DNA of 64,000 nucleotides from IMG/VR virus record IMGVR_UViG_3300014204_000020, positions 1,183-65,182 of that record, one strand, 5' to 3'. A program made the position numbers and the translations under genes. Positions 39,260 to 48,676 of the stretch are shown one piece after another. Positions within the stretch are counted from its first letter, which is position 1. Each line of letters begins with the position of its first letter. Source of the DNA: a virus. The notes beneath the pieces are model-generated. The model saw nothing but the letters and a program-made list of their open reading frames with translations, was not told the origin of the DNA and made no database searches.

Positions 39260-39487
39260 TTATGACATAACTCCATGATTTCTCAGTATACTACAGATCT
39301 TTCTGTGTAGAGCCATTGTGGTATCATCACTACTTGCTATTCTATACCTAATACCAACCGTAGCCAGATCATTATCTGCTCTATTAGTACTACTGTTCCC
39401 CACAATAGCATACAGCACAGCCATCTCCTTACCACTCAGATTCATCCCATAACTACCACTCAACAGTTTCTCTTCATCAATACTCAT
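39260..39487 (-). CDS. Small hypothetical protein within the Ubl operon
   Basis: ATGA overlap with the E1 stop codon. Confidence 0.6.
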   Translation of the reverse strand: MSIDEEKLLSGSYGMNLSGKEMAVLYAIVGNSSTNRADNDLATVGIRYRIASSDDTTMALHRKICSILRNHGVMS

Positions 39488-40161
39488 GCTTCCACCATCA
39501 GTATCAAAGTCTTCATATCCATAATTATCTCTTTCACTAAAGACTCATGCTTAGCAAACTTTTTCACCTGACTTGCAATCAGCGCTGCTATCATGAAACC
39601 ATTATAGATAATAGCCCTGCTTGTGCAAGGCTCCTCAATAGCGTCCTTGTCATCATAAAGTGTAGACTCATACCACTTTATATGGTCTGGATCACAAGGG
39701 TTAATGGAGTGTATTCTGGCAACCTCTGCCCCCATCCTGGCATCCACATACAACTGTACAGCACCCTTCATCTTCACCTTGGACCATATCTCCTTACGTG
39801 ATGCCATGCTGTCCACACCACTGACCACAACACCTTCAAACTTATAGTCCAATTCCTTAGTTACATTCCCCATGATTCCATATACATTAGCATCTGAAAA
39901 CATAGCTCCTAAGCTTCTTGCAGCCTCTACTTTAGGCAATCCTATGTCAGTAATAGAATACAGTTGGTTAGGTAAGTTATGCTCTTCTACTCTATCAGCA
40001 TCGAATACAGTCAGCTCTGTCACACCCATCTTCGCCAACGCCAACAACGTAAAACTCCCTATTCCTCCAGCTCCAATCACAGTAACAGCCGGTAACTCAT
40101 CCGGCCTCACTATATCCATCTGTCTCCAATATCTACTTTCACTACTTCCACTAATATTCAT
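39484..40161 (-). CDS. E1-like ThiF/MoeB adenylyltransferase
   Basis: RYWRQ, VIGAGGIGS, DADRVEEHNLPNQ, G.PKV, GVDSMASR, DARMG, candidate catalytic Cys in EEPCTSR; ATGA overlap with the JAB gene. Confidence 0.92.
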   Translation of the reverse strand: MNISGSSESRYWRQMDIVRPDELPAVTVIGAGGIGSFTLLALAKMGVTELTVFDADRVEEHNLPNQLYSITDIGLPKVEAARSLGAMFSDANVYGIMGNVTKELDYKFEGVVVSGVDSMASRKEIWSKVKMKGAVQLYVDARMGAEVARIHSINPCDPDHIKWYESTLYDDKDAIEEPCTSRAIIYNGFMIAALIASQVKKFAKHESLVKEIIMDMKTLILMVEA

Positions 40162-40967
40162 CCTACAAACCCCCAACCATTCATCATCATATCCTCATCC
40201 TCCTCCAGCTCTTTTCTGGACTTCTCTAACTCTGTTAACCCTTTACCAACAACACCATTATTACCATTACCACCATTACTACTTACAGTATTGGTATCAC
40301 CCTTAAGTGGTATCTGCACCTTTCTCCATATACCACTAGCATCCTTCTCCCATCCACTCATGTAACCATTCTTATCAGTATCAATATTATCCCTACTATC
40401 AATCCCCGGATGAAACCCACATCCATCCCTATACCCTCCATAACCCATATAACCATTCCCACCTACAGTAACAAAACCCTTCTTACTAACCTTCTCGGCA
40501 ACCTCAGCCTTTATCCTCTCCCTTAACTCCTCATTAAATCTAAGCGCAACATCCAACTCTATATTATCAACCACCAAATCTACCGGCTCATATACGTCCA
40601 ACCTACTCTTATATTCCCCTTTCCTATTTACCACCAAGCTCATCATCCACCCATTACCAAACTTCCTTGCCGTATCTTCATCTGTCCCACTCCAAAATAC
40701 TCCCATAGTTCCATGTGAATGCCACCAGAGTTTTAAACTCTCCAACGGCTCATTCCTTGCCATCATCTCTGTCATAAACTCCGCTACTGACTCCTGATCC
40801 AACTCTGTACTACTACCTCCACTCTCTTGTTTTAGAAGGTATATATCTTCAATATATAACTTCTTATTCCTTACAATAACCTTCCCAAGTCCTGAAATCT
40901 CATCTGTAGTGGCATCTACATACAGATCTAACTTCTGTTTAGCCTCAGGTAATATGAACGCTTTCAT
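40158..40967 (-). CDS. JAB/MPN+ metalloisopeptidase
   Basis: E(ISGLG)...WWHSHGTMGVFWSGTD matches the JAMM motif E...HxH-x7-S-x2-D. Confidence 0.9.
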   Translation of the reverse strand: MKAFILPEAKQKLDLYVDATTDEISGLGKVIVRNKKLYIEDIYLLKQESGGSSTELDQESVAEFMTEMMARNEPLESLKLWWHSHGTMGVFWSGTDEDTARKFGNGWMMSLVVNRKGEYKSRLDVYEPVDLVVDNIELDVALRFNEELRERIKAEVAEKVSKKGFVTVGGNGYMGYGGYRDGCGFHPGIDSRDNIDTDKNGYMSGWEKDASGIWRKVQIPLKGDTNTVSSNGGNGNNGVVGKGLTELEKSRKELEEDEDMMMNGWGFVG

Positions 40968-40969
40968 GT

Positions 40970-43366
40970 TTAGGGCTCCTCTCCTTCGTCGTCAGGTGAG
41001 TTAGTACATTCGCAACACTCATTACAATACCCACAATCAGGACAAGGCTCAGCATCACCATTATCTATCTCATCCCCACAATTAGGGCATATCCAGTACG
41101 TTAACGCTTCCGGAGGGTTCTCCACAGCAACAGCACTCTCACTAACTACACTCCCACCAACTGTACTATCAGCAATAACTCCTGCAACACTCAACTTAAC
41201 CAACTCCTCTTCCTTCACACTTTCCAACTTCCTAAAGTGCGTCGGATTCTCATACCAGTCTCCATCATTACACATACCTAAATACTCCATGATCAACTGT
41301 GCAGCCGCCGCAAATTCCAACTGTGCCAGATAATCAAGTACTCCCTTGTTTATATTCCCAAAACACGGCACTCCACTACTTCCCACATGCGGATGAATCA
41401 TTCCATTCGTCTTGGGCAACTTATCCGCACTCTTCACATAAACCGAGCCCTCTCCAACACTCAACCATATAATAAACTCATGCCCTACATACATTACACC
41501 TGCATACTTAAAGTCTATTCTCTTTGTATATACTCTCACATACTTCCCTTCTATATCCACCTTTACCACTCTATCAAGCCTCATTAACTCTTCCAACTTC
41601 TTAACTGCTGTCCTTCCACTATCTTCCGCTCCTTTCTTCATAAACTCCAATGCCATGTTACTCTTACTAAGCTCCCTTACAATCTCCATCAATCTCCTAT
41701 TATAATCATCAATCTGTTTCTTATATGCGTTACTTCTCTCCTCCATAACTCTAAAGCTCTCCTTCACTACTCCTTCATACAACTTAGTAAACCTTAATAC
41801 CCTTCTCTGTTCCTCCGTAAGCTCTCCTACCCCTAACTTACCAGCAAAATCCTCCATTATTCCTCTCAACAACTTCTCAACGTTATCATTCGATCCATAA
41901 GACCAATGTGGTAAATCAAACAGTACAAACAACGTACCCTTGCTATACTCACCTACTACTTGACCCTCTGGACTATTTATGTAAAAGTCAATATCATTAC
42001 CTTTCACACACCCATCATGCTGTCCATCATTTGCCTTAACTCCCCACATCATGCTTGTGTATGTATAAGGAACAATATCTCCCCTAGTACTCGCCCAAAA
42101 CACTATCCTCAACTTCCCTTCCTCAACACTCTTCCTATCCCATCCACATCCATGTGCATTCATCACACTAATATCTCTCTTCAACCTAACCGCAAACTCT
42201 TCCAACACCGGAAGCATCTTACTCCATGCTTCCATATTATTATCACTCTCCAAAACCACCTCATACTTCTCTTTGCTCTTAACAGTACTTTCTGCTGCAG
42301 TAGTTGCAGCAGCCACTAGCACTGGCTCAATAACGGGCACTAGCTCACCAATTGGAGAAGCCTCTCTATACTCTACACTTCCTATTGGAGGTCTCAATAC
42401 AGGCATATCTTCCAGTCTCAGTGCTGTTCCAACACTAGGCATTGGTATAGGACTTCCTAACACGCTCATTGCTATTTCTTCCCAATCCAAAGTCGGCCCA
42501 ACAGTACTCTCTCTATTCTCACCACTCTCTCTCCTAACCAACATCCTAACTCCCATCATATCCGTCTCAACCCAATCTCCATCACCAATACTCATCAGCC
42601 CTCTTGCCTTCGCCAAGTCACTTGCCGGGAACGCTATTCCGCTAAACGTCCTTGGTCTCTGTACAGAGACAACAGTCGCAGCAATCCCTTCCCTATTCAA
42701 CCTATCCAAATTATCTCCACTCCCAGGCACCAATACCCATCCTTCAGTGGGGTCACCTGCCCTAACACTACCCATACTACTTGTAGTACTCTCTATAGCA
42801 GGTACTATAGGAATGTCAGTACTCAATTGTTCCTCCCTTACATTAGACATATTACTTATTGTATTAACTATATTGTTACTATTAATAGTATTTACATTAT
42901 TACCTCTATTTCTCAATTCCTGTATATCCCTTGCCACCATCCCTCTAGGCTGGAACTCCCTTCTAATATATCTACCAGTATGCACAAATTCTGTATGAGG
43001 GTCATTTTCTGATCTCCTATTTACTATAAGCCCCGTACCTAATGGACATTCTGTACCAAAGTGTCCTCCTCTTCTAATCCCGCACACTCCACAAATCTCA
43101 TCATACGTATCCCCACTATCCGTTTCTCTACTATCCCTACTATCCAGTTCCCTAACTAAATTAGCTGCCCTGGTACCAGACGGCTCAGTTGACTCTACAT
43201 ACCTTCCACTCTCCCTGAACATTAGTCCAGGTTGTATATTCTCACTCCCACAATCCACATAACTAGGACACCTTGCATCATAATGAACTCCCCTACTCAG
43301 TCCACAATTCTCACAGATTTCATTCCAGTAATTCTCACTACGTATATTGCTATTAAGTCCACTCAC
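40970..43366 (-). CDS. Large multidomain protein with coiled coil, E2-like domain and Zn-binding motifs
   Basis: IHPHVGSSGVPCFGN...YL..CN.GDWY (E2-like HPH..C); two CxxCG....H....CP repeats at the N-terminus; C-terminal CPNC...CPDCGYCNECCEC. Confidence 0.7.
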   Translation of the reverse strand: MSGLNSNIRSENYWNEICENCGLSRGVHYDARCPSYVDCGSENIQPGLMFRESGRYVESTEPSGTRAANLVRELDSRDSRETDSGDTYDEICGVCGIRRGGHFGTECPLGTGLIVNRRSENDPHTEFVHTGRYIRREFQPRGMVARDIQELRNRGNNVNTINSNNIVNTISNMSNVREEQLSTDIPIVPAIESTTSSMGSVRAGDPTEGWVLVPGSGDNLDRLNREGIAATVVSVQRPRTFSGIAFPASDLAKARGLMSIGDGDWVETDMMGVRMLVRRESGENRESTVGPTLDWEEIAMSVLGSPIPMPSVGTALRLEDMPVLRPPIGSVEYREASPIGELVPVIEPVLVAAATTAAESTVKSKEKYEVVLESDNNMEAWSKMLPVLEEFAVRLKRDISVMNAHGCGWDRKSVEEGKLRIVFWASTRGDIVPYTYTSMMWGVKANDGQHDGCVKGNDIDFYINSPEGQVVGEYSKGTLFVLFDLPHWSYGSNDNVEKLLRGIMEDFAGKLGVGELTEEQRRVLRFTKLYEGVVKESFRVMEERSNAYKKQIDDYNRRLMEIVRELSKSNMALEFMKKGAEDSGRTAVKKLEELMRLDRVVKVDIEGKYVRVYTKRIDFKYAGVMYVGHEFIIWLSVGEGSVYVKSADKLPKTNGMIHPHVGSSGVPCFGNINKGVLDYLAQLEFAAAAQLIMEYLGMCNDGDWYENPTHFRKLESVKEEELVKLSVAGVIADSTVGGSVVSESAVAVENPPEALTYWICPNCGDEIDNGDAEPCPDCGYCNECCECTNSPDDEGEEP

Positions 43367-43584
43367 TTCTTATCTCTCTTCTCCTTGCGTCTCTTCTCCA
43401 TTGCAGCCCCCAGCACTATTTCAGCCCCCACACCATTAATAGCCAGCATAGCCAAATACTATAACTCTCTATACTTAAACTCATGTTTATGCGCTACCAT
43501 CCATGTTGCAATCCATGACTCAACCTCACCTATTACCTCTATGGCCTCTTGACTTAGGGCTTCATATTCGTTGGTACACTCCAT
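43363..43584 (-). pseudogene. 73-codon ORF interrupted by one in-frame TAG (43461-43459)
   Basis: Strong GGAGGAG RBS; if read through, it ends in a GTGA overlap with the start of the E2-like gene. Confidence 0.5.
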
Positions 43585-44302
43585 ACTCCTCCTCTCCTTG
43601 AGATTTTTAAGTGCAATTCAAGGTCTCACCCCTTACCAACACTCTAGCTATCAATGTTGCTAAAGGGTGTGATCCGGAATCATTTATCCCTCACATACTC
43701 AACTACTATACCCAGCAACCACCCTATCATTCCCAATAAAGCAACAACTCCAATCACCACCAATCTTATTTGCAACGGGGTAAACGGTTCAGTCATTGTG
43801 AACACTTCTTACCTTCCTTCTTCCCGCATCTGCTCTTCAAGAACATGTAGTATCCCGCCACGATACGTGCCTTCGCACTATATATCCGTTGCCAAGTGTG
43901 CAAATCTCTACTAAATATCGACGATCTGAGGCATGTGTAAGATACCTTCTTACGTCATATCCATCTGGACAATTTACGTTTCCACAATGACGGTCATCGT
44001 CGCATCCTAGTAGGAACCATCCACACTTTGGACATTTCATTTCTTACCTCCCTTAACACCCTTACTCTTCTTTCCATTTTTATGGTCAGTCTCCCTCTTT
44101 AACTGAAACTCAATCAATTTAGCCAAATTCTTATCACTTAGGGTTGGCATCCTTCCTCCTCCTTTTTGGGGCTCTTGAAGCTTTGACATAGGCCAGCACA
44201 CACTTCAACTCCTCTACTGTCCGGCTATGGTCAACAAAGTACTCTCCATCACCTCCACTTAACCTTGAGATAGCATTCTCCAACCAGCACCTCGCAGTAA
44301 CC

Positions 44303-44590
44303 TTAGGTATTGGCATTTTTAACCTCCTCCTCACCACTCTCTTCCTGTCCCTGATACCCACCCTTCATAAGCTCCACCAACTCCTTTGCAGCCTGCAACA
44401 ATATCTTTGCAGACTCCATACTCATACACACAATCACAATATCCTCATCCTCCATATCTCCTGTATCACTAATTCTCTCTGCACCACTTTTGTTTGTAAT
44501 AACCAAGGCTAAGTTGCCAGTTTCCTCTCCAACCTTTTTCACCTCGCATATCCCAATACTTTTATCTCCAATCCCTAGTCTAATTACCAT
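44303..44590 (-). CDS. Hypothetical early protein
   Basis: AAGGAGG RBS. Confidence 0.65.
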   Translation of the reverse strand: MVIRLGIGDKSIGICEVKKVGEETGNLALVITNKSGAERISDTGDMEDEDIVIVCMSMESAKILLQAAKELVELMKGGYQGQEESGEEEVKNANT

Positions 44591-44634
44591 CTCTACCTCC
44601 TTTAACTACATAATATAGATAGTTATATTCACAC

Positions 44635-44695
44635 AAAAAAAAAGGGCCAACCCTTCACCACTAAGGTAACACCTAAGGTAAAAGGTCAGCCCTTT
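44635..44695 (-). terminator. Intrinsic terminator
   Basis: AAAGGGC...GCCCTTT long hairpin followed by U9 on the minus strand. Confidence 0.7.
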
Positions 44696-44716
44696 ATAAT
44701 AGTTCATATTGACAGT

Positions 44717-45136
44717 TTACAGCTGAGCAAGCACCTCTTCCGCAACATCCTTGTTCACCTGATAATGCTTCTCCCCAACCTCCGATTGGGCATAGAACGT
44801 ATCCCACTTAACTCCCTTTACCATTACTACCAATCCCGCATCACATGCTGCTTTCACATGTGCCCTAAACACATCCTTTCGGCATCCCATACATGGTCTC
44901 TCCTCACTGCACTCCTTGTTCTCAACCAGGGCCAGTTCATGTCCCTTATTGATCAGGATATGTACGAACACCGCTTCCACTGCCATCCCCAACACCCCCT
45001 TGAACCTCACTCCCTCTCCTGCCTTCACATTCATCCCTCTGGGTAACTTCTCAACAGCCACCCCAAGTGCCTTCACCAGGTACTCTTCAATCTTAATCGC
45101 CACTGCCTTACTCTTGTTAGCCATAACTTCCTCCAT
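44717..45136 (-). CDS. Hypothetical early protein
   Basis: GGAGG before MANKS; CxxC. Confidence 0.6.
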   Translation of the reverse strand: MEEVMANKSKAVAIKIEEYLVKALGVAVEKLPRGMNVKAGEGVRFKGVLGMAVEAVFVHILINKGHELALVENKECSEERPCMGCRKDVFRAHVKAACDAGLVVMVKGVKWDTFYAQSEVGEKHYQVNKDVAEEVLAQL

Positions 45137-45316
45137 TCAATACACTTATTGTTTAACTATTACTATTACTATCACCACTAGCACACAATGGTCCAAACCT
45201 CTTCCACATAACGGTTCAAACCATACATAACTCACACCTAAATAAGGGTTCAAGTGGGGCATATCACCCACATTCACATGCCTCCATAACCCCTTATGTC
45301 ACAACACTTACAGACA

Positions 45317-45357
45317 CAAAAAAAGGGCACACCCAAACCTGAGTTTGAGCATGCCCA
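45317..45357 (-). terminator. Intrinsic terminator
   Basis: GGGCA...TGCCC hairpin followed by U7 on the minus strand. Confidence 0.7.
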
Positions 45358-45400
45358 TAAATGTTGTGTCTAAAGGACTTACAGCCTAGCCTAAATTAGG

Positions 45401-45595
45401 CTATTTTGCATTGAAACCCGCCATTACACTTACTTTGACTGGTTTCTCATCAATAATGACGGTAGTAGCCTGAAACCCACCCGTTGAAGCCACTAACATC
45501 ATCTTACCAGTAGAACTCGGTGTCGGGTTACTGATCGGCAATTCCAACGCCAAAACTCTAACACCTTTAACATCCTTTATCTCTGCTGTCAACAT
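45401..45595 (-). CDS. Small hypothetical protein, first gene of the early arm
   Basis: AAGGAG RBS; PSSTGKMMLVASTGG. Confidence 0.7.
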   Translation of the reverse strand: MLTAEIKDVKGVRVLALELPISNPTPSSTGKMMLVASTGGFQATTVIIDEKPVKVSVMAGFNAK

Positions 45596-46117
45596 ATTTC
45601 TCTCCTTTTTATACTGTTATCATTGATATCACTGTTACTAATACTAAGCTATAGTATAGGTCGAATTCAATTGCCCCTTACATTTCCGGCACCTCACCCA
45701 AAACGCGATTAAACCCATAACTCTAACAATTACAGCTACTTACAGCCATTGCTGAAACGCTATTTCACAGTAAATCCTAGCGGCTCTAACTCCTATAGCC
45801 ACAAGGCTTTACGACCACAATGAACTAGGCTTTCATTTTCATGCCAATCTCAATTGTGAAATTGACTTTCAATTATCCTGGGGGACGGGGGCGGGGGCTC
45901 TGCGCTGAGCGCTTGGCTTCTCGTTGCCAACAAAAAATAAAAAATTGGCGCAGCCCTATACAGGAGGTGAAGAAAAGGTGAATATACCGACTCTTTGCAG
46001 GTGGTAGAGGGTATAAAAAGGGTGTACTTCGTCGGTGCGCGAAGAAAAACCTTGACTTACAGATATGAAGGGTGCCATTTTGATGAAAACTTGAACTCAC
46101 AAGTGGAGGCTCAAACA

Positions 46118-47068
46118 GTGACAAAACCCTCAGAACTACCTGATCTAGCCACAGGACTAGCAATCCTAGAGGCAGAACTCTCCAAAAAGGAGCGCAGACG
46201 CCCGAATCACCCTTCCCACACCAAAGTACACCCCCTCACCGCACGAGAAGAGGCCGGACGCTACAAAAGGTCCCCAAAGGCCAAAAAGTACGACGGCAGG
46301 GCTCACTCCAAAGATGCAGTAGTAAGCAGGCAGAAAGTTCGGGAAGCATTAGAGTCATTCTACAAAGAAGTACGGATGCCGGACGTAAAACAGGCTCTTG
46401 AAGTAAGTAACGACCCCCGCTATAACATGCTCCTTGCTGCCATCAACAACCCCAGATTCGTAAACTGTTCCTTCGCGGAGTTATGCAGAAAATGCCGCAT
46501 GAGCATCCAAGACGTTGTAGAAATCTGGCGCAACCACATGAAGACCCAAGGCATAGTTCGAATGATGGGTCACATGCCGGACATAATGGAGGACGTAGCC
46601 ATAGACTCCAAATCAAAGATGGTAACCTGTGACACATGCCAGGGTCAGGGTGTAATGCATGGCCGGGAAGTAAATAAAATCAAAGATCCTATCTGCCCTG
46701 TATGCCATGGCGACGGCACACTCAGGGTCCAGGGCGACAAAGACGCAAGACTGTTGGCATTCGAGACAGTCGGCCTCAGAAAAGGCAACGTCGGCCAGGT
46801 TAACGTTCTCAACGTCACCAAAGGCATCCCATTAATGGAAGACCAGATAGCCAACATAGACAGGGTATTTGAAGCAGAATACACAGAAGTTACGGAGGAG
46901 ACAAATGAACAGCCTACTAACAATGCTATTACAGGAGATGCGCCAACAACTGAAGGACCTGGAGATACGGGTATCAAGGATGGAGAACATGCGGATCTCA
47001 CCACCCCCAACACCCCTTACCAATCCGATGACGACTACCCAACAGACCCCACAGACTACTCCTCTTGA
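46118..47068 (+). CDS. Putative terminase small subunit with DnaJ-type Zn-finger repeats
   Basis: GGAGG-GTG start; HTH-like FAELCRKCRMSIQDV; CDTCQGQG and CPVCHGDG; upstream of TerL. Confidence 0.5.
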   Translation: MTKPSELPDLATGLAILEAELSKKERRRPNHPSHTKVHPLTAREEAGRYKRSPKAKKYDGRAHSKDAVVSRQKVREALESFYKEVRMPDVKQALEVSNDPRYNMLLAAINNPRFVNCSFAELCRKCRMSIQDVVEIWRNHMKTQGIVRMMGHMPDIMEDVAIDSKSKMVTCDTCQGQGVMHGREVNKIKDPICPVCHGDGTLRVQGDKDARLLAFETVGLRKGNVGQVNVLNVTKGIPLMEDQIANIDRVFEAEYTEVTEETNEQPTNNAITGDAPTTEGPGDTGIKDGEHADLTTPNTPYQSDDDYPTDPTDYSS

Positions 47069-47267
47069 ACCTCCTGACCCAGTAGAAGTCACCTACACCG
47101 ACCCCGTTAAACAATTCATAGAGGAGATGCGCCTTAGACTAGGAATGGACGAGGTACTCAAAGAGGGTGACTAACAATGACAGACCTATGGAGACCTCTC
47201 ATTGCACTCCTTATAGGGTTCACTATAGGTATAGCCATATTACTACTCATAGCCTGGAGTCTACACC

Positions 47268-47465
47268 ATGCATAGACTAAGACTAATCTGTGACGCTCTG
47301 GTACAGTATATCCCATCATGGTTCATAAGGCACAAACCACTAAGTCTATGGTACCACGTAGCCGCAGACTGGGAAGACAGACTCCTTAACCACAGAGTAT
47401 CAAAGGACTGGATAGTGGAAACCAAAACAGGCCTCATGTACAGAGGCCCGCGCAGAGTCCAATAA
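47268..47465 (+). CDS. Hypothetical protein
   Basis: TAATG coupling to TerL. Confidence 0.5.
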   Translation: MHRLRLICDALVQYIPSWFIRHKPLSLWYHVAADWEDRLLNHRVSKDWIVETKTGLMYRGPRRVQ

Positions 47466-48676
47466 TGTATAGCCCAAAAGTAGTCCAATGGCGTATAGAG
47501 GCAATAGAGAAGGCTCTTAAGGTAAAGGTGAACCAGAGGTCTATCAAGGAAGTGGATGAGTTTCGCCGTAGGCTCGAATCTCTCCTTGATGACAAAGGCC
47601 AACTCACCAGAGGCCTGATGACGGAAGAACTAAACTTCATCCGTGACGAACGCATACTCAGTAAGTGTTCCTTCCGCAGGTGGGCAGACTTATACTCTAC
47701 AATGCAGAAGGACGGTTCAGTCGGTGGTGGAGTAGGACGGGTAAAATTTTGGGCCTCTCAGGAACTGGCACTCGAAAAGATCAGCAGTATAGAAGAGGAG
47801 CAATGGGATGCCCATTTAAGAGGCAATATAGTAGATGGTATCTGCGTAGTAATGCACAAATCTCGTCAATTGGGAGCCACTGCTCTCTCTCGTATAATAC
47901 TCTGCCACCGTCTCACCAATTACCGTCATATGCGTGGAATGGCCGCTTCCATTGACGATGATAAAATCATGGAACTCTACGACCGTGACAAGCTCTGCAT
48001 CGACAACCTACCCTTCTATCTAAAACCGGAAATCGGCTACGATGTTAAGGCAGAACACCTCTACTTCAGCAAACTGGACTCTCGAATACTCTACCAACAA
48101 TCCCGCCAACAATCAGGCCTTGGCCAAGGACGACAGTTCGACCTAGCCCACCTTACAGAGTGTGCTTTCTGGCCCTACCCAAACATGATAGAACTGGACT
48201 TCTTCCCCACCCTCCCACTTGGCATAAACACTCTCTGCATGCTAGAATCCACTGCCAATGGTATGGGTGGCTGGTGGTATGACTTCACCGAAGATGTCCG
48301 CAAAGGTCTCCAAAGAAGATGGCGTTACATCTTCGCCCCCTGGTACATAGAATCAAAGAAGAACAAGGCTCACCCACCCTCAACCTGGAACCCCACAGAC
48401 CTGACCATGCAACACGCCCGCAAAGTCTACGAAACCTCCAGACAGTTTACAGGCAGGGACGTGTTACTCGATAAAGAACAACTCTATTGGTACGAAACAG
48501 AACGCTCCGCAGCCCTCAGGCGTGGTAAACTCAACCTATTCCTCACTAACTACTGTGCAACCCCCGAAGAAAGTTTCCAGCACACAGGTAACTCCCAATT
48601 CAGTGTGGAAACTCTTGAACGCATCAGGTTGGGAACCATCAATCCACATTACTATGACATATCTATAAGGGCCTAA
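47465..48676 (+). CDS. terL: Terminase large subunit, ATPase domain
   Basis: HKSRQLGAT (Walker A), HLTECAFW (Walker B), LESTANG (coupling motif), FAPWY, Y.ATPEESF..TG. Confidence 0.9.
   Translation: MYSPKVVQWRIEAIEKALKVKVNQRSIKEVDEFRRRLESLLDDKGQLTRGLMTEELNFIRDERILSKCSFRRWADLYSTMQKDGSVGGGVGRVKFWASQELALEKISSIEEEQWDAHLRGNIVDGICVVMHKSRQLGATALSRIILCHRLTNYRHMRGMAASIDDDKIMELYDRDKLCIDNLPFYLKPEIGYDVKAEHLYFSKLDSRILYQQSRQQSGLGQGRQFDLAHLTECAFWPYPNMIELDFFPTLPLGINTLCMLESTANGMGGWWYDFTEDVRKGLQRRWRYIFAPWYIESKKNKAHPPSTWNPTDLTMQHARKVYETSRQFTGRDVLLDKEQLYWYETERSAALRRGKLNLFLTNYCATPEESFQHTGNSQFSVETLERIRLGTINPHYYDISIRA

Noticed and set aside
38953-40161. Thiamine/molybdopterin sulfur-carrier pair (ThiS/ThiF) as a metabolic auxiliary gene set
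   Set aside because: No ThiG, MoaE or cysteine synthase nearby; linkage to JAB and an E2-like protein favours conjugation, though a sulfur-relay role is not formally excluded.
42273-42998. 241-aa plus-strand ORF and similar shadow ORFs (778-1428, 12606-13274, 38399-38875, 63237-63689)
   Set aside because: Antisense to well-supported genes; composition reflects strand bias; no RBS or motifs.
43363-43584. Genome-wide TAG recoding
   Set aside because: Several genes end in TAG immediately before the next RBS or start (6930, 14186, 49957, 51089). Long genes are intact in the standard code and no suppressor tRNA was seen.
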